Shown: one piece after another, positions 16,432 through 23,612 of the stretch
How positions within the stretch are numbered: the stretch's first letter is position 1
Layout: each line of letters opens with the position of its first letter
Assembly: GCF_043194755.1 (NCBI RefSeq)
Contig: NZ_JBAFVV010000006.1
Reading direction: 5' to 3' (one strand)
Origin: Xanthobacter autotrophicus DSM 431
Lineage (GTDB): Bacteria; Pseudomonadota; Alphaproteobacteria; Rhizobiales; Xanthobacteraceae
Length of the DNA stretch: 32,000 bases
The notes under the pieces: generated by a model
Databases searched by the model: none
Told to the model about the DNA's origin: nothing
What the model saw: only the letters and a program-made list of their open reading frames with translations
Made by a program: the position numbers and the translations under genes

Positions 16432-18933
16432 ATGCAGGACCGAATCGCCAAGGGGCTCGATGCTCAATTCGACAAGCACCGGATCGTCTTCTGGTACGAT
16501 CCGGCGCACGAATTTCGCAAGGCGTTCGAAGGGTTGGCGCTCGATGGCGTCGAGAAGATCGAGGTGGCGAACACCGAGTTCGCGGTGAAGCACCGCATCC
16601 TGCGGGAAGAGCCGAAGCGGCGCTTTCTGCTCTATCGAGAGGGGCCGCGGCCGGATGACGTCGACAACTGGCTGCTCGACGTCGAGCTGGCGCATGGGGT
16701 GTTCAAGACCGATCAGGTCGCGATCTGGCTGGCGGACCTGGGATTGCCGATCAGCTTCGAGAATCTTGCACGCGAGCACCAGGAGTTCTTTCGGTCCAAC
16801 CGTCGGTTGGAGAAGCTAAAAGCCATTATTCGTGGAGACGATACCAAGCCCAAGCTGCGTCTGAGGATGCTTGGGGTATGCGCCGGGGCTGACGGTGACT
16901 TCGACACTGTCGTCGAGGCGCTGTTGGGAGAGCTAACCGTGGGCAAGGACGACAGCTTGCGGCTGATTGGCCGTGTCGGCCTCAGCGAGTTCCTCTGGGA
17001 TCAGATGTTGCGGATCTTCGGCTACCGCGCCGACAAGCCGAGCATCGGCGATTTCGCGATCACGCTGTTCAAGTCCTGCTATCAGAACGCGGTCGGGGGC
17101 GAAGCGATCCTGACTCCCGAGGCTTTAGGGTTCTTCCGTCGCTGGAAGAACAATCGGAACGCCGAGGAGGCCTTCGCGACGTTATCGGCTGAGTATGCCG
17201 ACGCGTTGGGTGTAGCGCAGGATCTCGCCAAACGTGACTTCCGAGCCCTGATCGAAGTGGACTATTTTGAGGAGGTCGATCGCGCGATCATCCGTGCGCT
17301 GGTCCACGAGGTCGGCAGCCAGACCGTGGCGCAGGCCGATGTCTTGAACTGGATCCGCCAGCGCCGGCAGAGCCATTGGTACGATTCCTATCGCGATCTG
17401 TACGAGGCGATCGGCTTTGCCGCCGAGTTTCAGCAGGCGATGGCGCAGGTGACACTCGGCATAACCAGCCTCGCGGAAGGAGTCGAGCGCTATGCGAAGA
17501 GCTGGTTTCGGATCGACCAGCTCTATCGGAAATTCATCTGGCGCATGCAGGGATCCGGGCAGGCGACGCTGATGCGCGAGCTGTTCGAGCAGGTCGAAAA
17601 TCACTACGTCAATAGCTACCTATTGCGTCTGAACGACGCTTGGCAGACGCATGTGGACGCGGCGGAGTCATGGTCGGCGCCGCCAGTTCCTGCGCAGCGG
17701 AGCTTCTACCGGGACCATGTGGGTGAGTTCCGCCGCCGCGATCAGAAGATCTGCGTCATCATTTCCGACGCGCTTCGCTACGAAGTCGCCGAGGAGCTGT
17801 TAGGCCGCATTCGCAGCCTTGACCGATACGAGGCGGGGATCGAGCCGATGTTCGGGAGCCTGCCGAGCTACACCCAGCTCGGAATGGCGTCGCTGCTGCC
17901 CAATGGGGATCTGCAGATTGCCGACAACGATAGCGGCACGGTCCTGGTGAACGGTCAGAGTTCACAAGGTCTAGAGAACCGCAGGAAGATCCTGGCGACC
18001 GGGCGGGCCGGCGATAGGACGACGGCTGTGAAGGCCGAGGACCTGATGGGCATGGACAAGGATCAGGCCCGCGCGCTCGTCCGAGATCACGACGTCGTCT
18101 ATGTCTACCACAATCTGATCGATGCGATCGGCGACAAGCAAGTGTCTGAGGATCGCGTCTTCGAGGCTGCCGAGGATACGATCGAGGAGATCGTCAGAGT
18201 GGTCAAAAAACTCAACGGCGCCAACGCCAACAATCTGATCGTAACGTCCGATCACGGTTTCATCTACCAGCACCGGCCGATCGAGGAGAGCGACTTCTCT
18301 TCGGCTCAAGTAGAGGGTGACACGATCCTTTTCCGCGACCGGAGGTTCATCCTGGGGCGCGGCCTGAAGGGTAATCGCGGTCTGCGGCGCTTCACGCCGG
18401 AGCAGGCGAGCCTCGAAGGTTCGGTGGAAATGCTGATACCCAAGTCGATTAACCGGTTGCGCCGCCAGGGCTCGGGGAGTCGGTTCGTGCATGGCGGCGC
18501 GACCCTTCAGGAAATCGTCGTCCCGGTCGTCAAAATCAACAAGAAGCGTCAGAGCGACACTTCGGCGGTCGAAGTCGAGATCATCGGAAGCACCAACCAG
18601 TTGATCACGTCGAGCCAAATCTCGGTTCGCTTCTATCAGGTCGCCGCCGTCACGGAGAAAACCCAGGCCCGCACGCTGAGAGCCGGCATTTACGCACTAT
18701 CGGGCGAGTTGATCTCCGACAGCCATGAACTGGTCTTCGATTTCCGATCCGAGAACGCTCGCGAGCGCGAAGTCGCGGTTCGTTTCCTGCTGCTACGCCA
18801 GGCGGATGCATTCAACGGCCAGGAGGTCATCCTGAAGCTGGAGGAACGGCACGGCGATACATCCCACTTCAGGGAATACCGCACGGCTCGCTACACGCTC
18901 CGCCGCAGCTTCTCGAACGACTTCGATTTTTGA
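16432..18933 (+). CDS. pglZ: BREX alkaline-phosphatase-superfamily protein PglZ
   Basis: 833 aa with PglZ-type motifs VIISDALRYEVAEEL and LIVTSDHGFIYQ. It sits in the conserved position between pglX and brxL. Confidence 0.9.
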   Translation: MQDRIAKGLDAQFDKHRIVFWYDPAHEFRKAFEGLALDGVEKIEVANTEFAVKHRILREEPKRRFLLYREGPRPDDVDNWLLDVELAHGVFKTDQVAIWLADLGLPISFENLAREHQEFFRSNRRLEKLKAIIRGDDTKPKLRLRMLGVCAGADGDFDTVVEALLGELTVGKDDSLRLIGRVGLSEFLWDQMLRIFGYRADKPSIGDFAITLFKSCYQNAVGGEAILTPEALGFFRRWKNNRNAEEAFATLSAEYADALGVAQDLAKRDFRALIEVDYFEEVDRAIIRALVHEVGSQTVAQADVLNWIRQRRQSHWYDSYRDLYEAIGFAAEFQQAMAQVTLGITSLAEGVERYAKSWFRIDQLYRKFIWRMQGSGQATLMRELFEQVENHYVNSYLLRLNDAWQTHVDAAESWSAPPVPAQRSFYRDHVGEFRRRDQKICVIISDALRYEVAEELLGRIRSLDRYEAGIEPMFGSLPSYTQLGMASLLPNGDLQIADNDSGTVLVNGQSSQGLENRRKILATGRAGDRTTAVKAEDLMGMDKDQARALVRDHDVVYVYHNLIDAIGDKQVSEDRVFEAAEDTIEEIVRVVKKLNGANANNLIVTSDHGFIYQHRPIEESDFSSAQVEGDTILFRDRRFILGRGLKGNRGLRRFTPEQASLEGSVEMLIPKSINRLRRQGSGSRFVHGGATLQEIVVPVVKINKKRQSDTSAVEVEIIGSTNQLITSSQISVRFYQVAAVTEKTQARTLRAGIYALSGELISDSHELVFDFRSENAREREVAVRFLLLRQADAFNGQEVILKLEERHGDTSHFREYRTARYTLRRSFSNDFDF

Positions 18934-18944
18934 GGGGGGGAGCG

Positions 18945-21014
18945 ATGACCGCGCTGGACGATAAGATCAATGAACGCTTCCCAGGCCTCGTGGTGCGCAA
19001 GGACCTGGTCAAAGCGGTGAAGGGCAACGCCATCGTCCCTTCGTATGTGCTGGAATTCCTGCTCGGCCAATATTGCGCCACCAATGACGAGGCTTCGATT
19101 CAGTCGGGTATCGAGACGGTCAAGGAGATCCTGCGCAAGCACTATGTGCATCGCAACGAGGCAGGCCTGATCCGGTCGAACATCCGGGAAAAGGGGCGAT
19201 GGAAGGTAATCGACAAGATCAGTGTCGACCTCAACACCGACAAGGACGCGTATGAGGCGACCTTTGCCAATCTCGGTATAAAGAAGGTCACCATCGATTC
19301 CGACACGGTGAAGGCTCATCCCAAGCTGCTCGTGAGCGGAGTCTGGTGCATTGCCGATGTGGAGTACGAGCACAGCGAGGACAAGAACGTCGAGCCCTGG
19401 ATCTTGAGCAGCATCAAACCGATCCAGCTCTCCAAGTTCGACTACGATGCTTTTCTCGAGGCGCGCGCCGGCTTCACGACCGAGGAATGGATCGACCTGT
19501 TGTTCCAGACGGTCGGGTTCGACCCCGAAATGTTTGGGCGGCGCAGCAAGCTCCTGCAGCTGATGCGCCTCGTGCCCTTCGTTGAGCGAAACTACAATCT
19601 GATCGAGCTAGGGCCGAAGGGGACAGGCAAGTCGCACATCTTCTCGGAGTTTTCGCCGCACGGCATCCTGATTTCCGGTGGCGAAGTGACGGTGCCCAAG
19701 CTGTTCGTCAACAACAGCTCGGGCAAGATCGGACTCGTCGGCTACTGGGATGTCGTGGCCTTCGACGAGTTCGCCGGCCGGCAGAAGCGCGTCGACAAGG
19801 CGCTTGTCGACATCATGAAAAACTACATGGCCAACAAGAGTTTCTCGCGCGGTGTGGAGACGCTTGGTGCCGAGGCGTCGATGGTCTTTGTCGGGAACAC
19901 CAAGCACAATGTTCCCTACATGCTGAAGCACACCGACTTGTTCGAAGAGCTGCCTGAGAAATATTACGACTCGGCCTTCATCGATCGACTTCACACTTAT
20001 GTTCCAGGCTGGGAGATTGATGTCATCCGCGGGGAGATGTTCGCGTCGGGATATGGTTTCGTCGTCGATTATCTCGCCGAAATCCTTCGGCACATGCGCA
20101 ATGACGACTATTCCAACCGCTACCAGGGGCTGTTCACGCTCTCATCGGATATTTCGACTCGTGACCGCGACGGGGTAAACAAAACCTTCTCGGGTATGAT
20201 GAAGCTGCTCTTTCCGGCGGACAACGCGACCGAGGCCGAAGTAGAAGAGATTTTGCACCTCGCCGTGGAAGGGCGGAAGCGGGTCAAGGATCAGCTTCTT
20301 CGGATCGACAGCACATATCCGGAAACGGACTTCTCGTTCACGGCGCAAGATGGGCGCAAGATCGAGGTAAAGACGCTCGAAGAGTCAGAATATCCGCAAT
20401 ACTACCACAAGCGCGCCACGGGCCACGAGGATCCGACTTCGGAGAAAGCAAAGGATATCGGCAGCGCGCCCGGTTCACCCGCTACGCGGCGCGCAGTTGG
20501 ATCAATGGCTGAGCCCGTTGGCCGGCGCGAGGGGCACAAAGTCTTCAGTGAGAACCAGAAGGGAGTCACGTTTGCCGATCTGTTCTGGCCCTGGATCGAC
20601 GGGGCCACGAAAATTGTCATCACTGATCCCTATATCCGCATGTTCCATCAGGTGCGCAATCTGATGGAGTTCATCGAGATGATCGCCATACGCAAGGCGC
20701 CAGAAGATGAGGTCGCGGTACGGCTCATCACCTGTCTCGATGAATCATATCCTGAGAAGCAGCAGGCTAATCTTGTTGCTGTCGAAAATGCCAGCACGGC
20801 CGCCGGGATCGATTTCTCCTGGGAGTTTGACGGGACGAACACGATCCATGCGCGTCATATCGTCAGCGATGCGGGCTGGAAGATCAGCCTCGATCGAGGT
20901 CTCGACATCTTTCAGAAGTTCGAAATGAATGACGCGTTTAACCTCGCCAATCGGCTGCAAGCTTATCGTCAGGTGAAAGCATTTGAAGTCACATATTTGA
21001 GGGCAAAGGAATAG
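18945..21014 (+). CDS. brxL: BREX Lon-like ATPase/protease BrxL
   Basis: The N-terminus MTALDDKINERFPGLVVRKDLV is typical of BrxL, and Walker A is GPKGTGKSH. ATG 18945 follows a GAGGGGGGGAG Shine-Dalgarno and is preferred over the track's TTG at 18930. Confidence 0.88.
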   Translation: MTALDDKINERFPGLVVRKDLVKAVKGNAIVPSYVLEFLLGQYCATNDEASIQSGIETVKEILRKHYVHRNEAGLIRSNIREKGRWKVIDKISVDLNTDKDAYEATFANLGIKKVTIDSDTVKAHPKLLVSGVWCIADVEYEHSEDKNVEPWILSSIKPIQLSKFDYDAFLEARAGFTTEEWIDLLFQTVGFDPEMFGRRSKLLQLMRLVPFVERNYNLIELGPKGTGKSHIFSEFSPHGILISGGEVTVPKLFVNNSSGKIGLVGYWDVVAFDEFAGRQKRVDKALVDIMKNYMANKSFSRGVETLGAEASMVFVGNTKHNVPYMLKHTDLFEELPEKYYDSAFIDRLHTYVPGWEIDVIRGEMFASGYGFVVDYLAEILRHMRNDDYSNRYQGLFTLSSDISTRDRDGVNKTFSGMMKLLFPADNATEAEVEEILHLAVEGRKRVKDQLLRIDSTYPETDFSFTAQDGRKIEVKTLEESEYPQYYHKRATGHEDPTSEKAKDIGSAPGSPATRRAVGSMAEPVGRREGHKVFSENQKGVTFADLFWPWIDGATKIVITDPYIRMFHQVRNLMEFIEMIAIRKAPEDEVAVRLITCLDESYPEKQQANLVAVENASTAAGIDFSWEFDGTNTIHARHIVSDAGWKISLDRGLDIFQKFEMNDAFNLANRLQAYRQVKAFEVTYLRAKE

Positions 21015-21082
21015 CGTCTCGTGGGAAAATGCTGAACCGCAAGTCCGGTTGCAATTGCCGACGGTCGATTATGTCACGGGCA

Positions 21083-21523
21083 TCAGTTCCCGCCCTCTGG
21101 CGCGTTAAGTTCTCTTAGTATATCCCCAACACTCCGCCCGTCCACACGACACACCGCGATGACTCGGTCATGGGAGATGACGCGTCCGCCACGCCCACGA
21201 CGGGCCTCGCATCGCGTGTTGCGACCGAACGCGACCCGCTCAAGTAGCCTCTTTGCTCGACCGCCTTCCGGAGAGTGAAGCTCAGGCGCGTTAAAGTCCG
21301 CCAGCCGAACCTCGATCCAAGTGTTGGGGTCCGCAGAGTTACCCACGCAAAATCCGTCGCCGTCGCCGACGTAGCGCACCAGGCCGCTGAACTGCTGTCC
21401 GGGGCGCGACGGTAGGCGTCCCTCGCATGGGTCGGCACGCGCCGGCGATGTGGTCAGCAGCATGATTGCGGCGCCGAATGCGATCGTCGTTAGGCCCAGC
21501 GGCCTGGAAGCGAGCCTCAACAT
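21083..21523 (-). CDS. staphylococcal-nuclease (SNase/thermonuclease) family protein with Sec signal peptide
   Basis: N-terminal signal MLRLASRPLGLTTIAFGAAIMLLTTSPARA|DP. SNase-like core VGDGDGF...IEVRLADFNAPE. GGAGAGGG Shine-Dalgarno. The start overlaps the upstream gene's stop by 7 nt. Confidence 0.7.
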   Translation of the reverse strand: MLRLASRPLGLTTIAFGAAIMLLTTSPARADPCEGRLPSRPGQQFSGLVRYVGDGDGFCVGNSADPNTWIEVRLADFNAPELHSPEGGRAKRLLERVAFGRNTRCEARRGRGGRVISHDRVIAVCRVDGRSVGDILRELNAPEGGN

Positions 21524-22245
21524 CCCTCTCCAGCGCGCGCAATCTTCAGACCGTAGTCGGCTTCGAGCATGTCGACGATGCGGACCAGAGCACGATAGAT
21601 GCTCAGTTCATTCGCACCAAATTTGTAGTGGCCGGTGATCAGCGCCTCTGGCAGCAGATCATCGACTCGGGCCTTTCGCTTTTCTTCCTGGCCATCGCGG
21701 ATGTAGGTGACGGGATAGCGGAAGGATCGGCCTTCGCCCTCCCACACGCCCCAGGCGCTATAGTTCTGGATGTTGGCGTTATAGCACTCCGAGCCGATGA
21801 TGCTCTCCATGCGCACCAGGATGTCACGGATCGGGCCGACCTTGGCGCGGGTCCGTTGAACATACCGATAGCCTTCGATGCCCTTCTGCACCTCCTCCAA
21901 CTGGGCGGAATACCAGTCGTGCTCGGCGGCGGCCCTTTGCTTAATCCCCGCGAGCAGGTCGGCAGGCACGTCGTCAGGGGACAAGGAGGCGAGTTCGGCA
22001 AAGGCCTCGACCTCACTCTGGACGGCGTTGAAACGATCTTCCCAAGTCTCGTTGTATTGCGAGGCCTCATCCAGAATGGCTTGTTTGAACGGTAGCGCTT
22101 CACCGAAGTCTAGCGCCTGCAAGGCATGGTAAGCCTCGCTCTCGCTGTCGATGACATGCTGCTGCATTTCTTGATCGCCGGGCCAGTCCGTTTTGGCGGC
22201 GCGTCGAATCCCGTTAAGAACTTCAGAGGGTATGTCCTGCGTCAT
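21517..22245 (-). CDS. acidic hypothetical protein (242 aa), no recognisable domain
   Basis: Long ORF with coding-like G/C at third codon positions. ATG 22245, preceded by AGGTGAG, is preferred over the track's TTG at 22266. My count is about 42 D/E against about 26 K/R. It is co-oriented with and overlaps the SNase gene. Confidence 0.6.
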   Translation of the reverse strand: MTQDIPSEVLNGIRRAAKTDWPGDQEMQQHVIDSESEAYHALQALDFGEALPFKQAILDEASQYNETWEDRFNAVQSEVEAFAELASLSPDDVPADLLAGIKQRAAAEHDWYSAQLEEVQKGIEGYRYVQRTRAKVGPIRDILVRMESIIGSECYNANIQNYSAWGVWEGEGRSFRYPVTYIRDGQEEKRKARVDDLLPEALITGHYKFGANELSIYRALVRIVDMLEADYGLKIARAGEGC

Positions 22246-22322
22246 AGGCTCACCTGAATCTTTCAATCTTGGGCGGAAATATCGGAGCTGACGGGGGTAT
22301 GTCGGTGACCGAAATTTTGTCG

Positions 22323-22754
22323 CTATGAGCCGCCCCGCAGCGGGTTGATCGTGCTGATCCCTGCAAAATGCTTCTCATTGTCGGTGACGATCGTGCAGCC
22401 GTTAGATTCCGCAACGGCGGCGATGATCATGTCCAAGGCGCTGCGCGGGTGGCCAGCGGCTGTCCCATCGGCCATTAGTCTCGCCCAAACGAGACCTGCC
22501 TTCTCGTCGAAGGGGAGAACGCGCCCGGCGAAGAGCGCTGATGGGCCTTCCGGCCCTGCGAACCACGCTTCGAGCTGATCGCGCTTGCGGCCGGCAGGCT
22601 TCTCCAGCACGCCGCGCCGAATCTCGGCGATGGTGAGCGAGGCGATGAAAAGGTCTTCGTCGACCTGTTCGGCCATCCACGCCAGCAGCGAGTCCGAGGG
22701 GGCGGTCTTGGTGACGTTGCTGATAATGATGGTGTCGAGAAGATACCGGCTCAC
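22323..22754 (-). CDS. vapC: PIN-domain type II toxin (VapC/FitB-like)
   Basis: 143 aa with the PIN acidic residues in LLDT (N-terminus), IAEIRRG, DMIIAAVA and TDNEKHF. 4-nt overlap with the upstream antitoxin gene. Confidence 0.85.
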   Translation of the reverse strand: MSRYLLDTIIISNVTKTAPSDSLLAWMAEQVDEDLFIASLTIAEIRRGVLEKPAGRKRDQLEAWFAGPEGPSALFAGRVLPFDEKAGLVWARLMADGTAAGHPRSALDMIIAAVAESNGCTIVTDNEKHFAGISTINPLRGGS

Positions 22755-23053
22755 AGGTCAACCTTGCGACCTGGCTCATAGGGGCGGGCTGGCACGGCAT
22801 CGGCGCCAACCAGAGGCGAGCGTCGGAGGGCTTCGAGGATGCCACCCTTTCGCGGCGGCTGACCGGCGATGCCTTGGCTGACGGCAGCGCGCAAGCGCTC
22901 GGCCTCCGGGCCGTTCTCGGCCAAGCGCTTCGCAAACGAGCGAATTAGCTCCCGATCGGAATCGCGCCCGAGAACCTCGAAGCGCGCCATGCCGCGTTCA
23001 ACCAAGCGGTTCCGGTAGTTCTTGATGGCGCGCCTCTGAGACGTGTCGCTCAT
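22751..23053 (-). CDS. type II antitoxin partner of VapC (putative DNA-binding N-terminus)
   Basis: 100 aa, directly upstream of and overlapping vapC. The N-terminal IKNYRNRLVERGMARFEV resembles antitoxin DNA-binding segments. GGAGG Shine-Dalgarno 7 nt upstream of ATG 23053. Confidence 0.65.
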   Translation of the reverse strand: MSDTSQRRAIKNYRNRLVERGMARFEVLGRDSDRELIRSFAKRLAENGPEAERLRAAVSQGIAGQPPRKGGILEALRRSPLVGADAVPARPYEPGRKVDL

Positions 23054-23067
23054 GATTGACCTCCGCG

Positions 23068-23083
23068 ATATTACCAGTAATAT
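23068..23083 (-). promoter_or_regulatory. perfect 7-bp inverted repeat, candidate VapB operator
   Basis: ATATTAC-CA-GTAATAT lies 15 nt upstream of the antitoxin start codon. A related half-site, TCCAGTTAC, follows at 23085-23093. The site overlaps a TAATAT -10-like hexamer on the minus strand. Confidence 0.4.
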
Positions 23084-23345
23084 ATCCAGTTACAGGTCGG
23101 ACGGCAAGATGGCCTGGAGCAAGGGCTCGTTCCGGGAAGGAAGCGATGATGGCTGATGCCGTCGAACACCGCACGCGACCGCATCACCCAGCCGCCGATT
23201 GTAGGTATTTGCGCTTCGCCACGACGCGCCAGGGTTCGCCAGCGGAGCCTATCGCGACCGGGAGCGGCCGATATTTCACTGCATGTTTATCGCGTAACCA
23301 ACTGAAACTGTTCAATGTTGTGGGGTTAGATGCGACAATGACAGC

Positions 23346-23591
23346 ATGTCTGCCAACGTCGTTCAATTCCCAGCGTCGCAGGGCGACGCCGACCTTTACG
23401 ACTACGTCCGCCCAATCCGGTCGGCGCTGCCGGAGCCGCGGTCACGCGCTCGGAACGGGGGCGAGCACCAGGCGAGCCTCAAAATCTCTGATGACTGGCC
23501 CGATCACGTGCCGGTCACTGAGGCCGAGCTGGACCTTTTCGAAGTCCATTTCGGTCCGCTCCTCGACGAGCTGCTGGGCTCGAAAAACTGA
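23346..23591 (+). CDS. hypothetical 81-aa protein upstream of the recombinase
   Basis: The ORF has high G/C at third codon positions and ends 21 nt before the recombinase start. No clear Shine-Dalgarno and no recognisable domain. Confidence 0.4.
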   Translation: MSANVVQFPASQGDADLYDYVRPIRSALPEPRSRARNGGEHQASLKISDDWPDHVPVTEAELDLFEVHFGPLLDELLGSKN

Positions 23592-23612
23592 ATTTGTGAA
23601 GGGAGGTCCCGC

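Noticed and set aside
8831-18618. Minus-strand ORFs inside BREX genes, such as 8831-9463 (210 aa), 13226-13642 (138 aa), 15356-15793 (145 aa) and 17971-18618 (215 aa)
   Set aside because: Each lies wholly antisense within brxC, pglX or pglZ. None has motifs or a ribosome-binding site, and the sense-strand genes are continuous and motif-bearing.
7711-18940. G6 (7711-7716) and G7 (18934-18940) homopolymer tracts at the brxC and brxL start regions, considered as phase-variation switches
   Set aside because: Both tracts lie in the untranslated ribosome-binding regions, not in coding sequence, so slippage would not frameshift a gene. They are more simply read as strong Shine-Dalgarno sequences. 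Only population sequencing showing length variation would change this view.
21030-21060. Weak hairpin (AACCG-CAAGTC-CGGTT) in the convergent brxL/SNase gap, considered as a bidirectional terminator
   Set aside because: The stem is only 5 bp and there is no U-tract on either strand, so it cannot be told apart from chance.
21517-22245. R-x4-H (QRAAAEHDW) in the acidic 242-aa protein, considered as a HEPN RNase motif
   Set aside because: It is a single short pattern. The polar residue usually found after the Arg is absent, and there is no supporting profile evidence. This is too weak to make a call.
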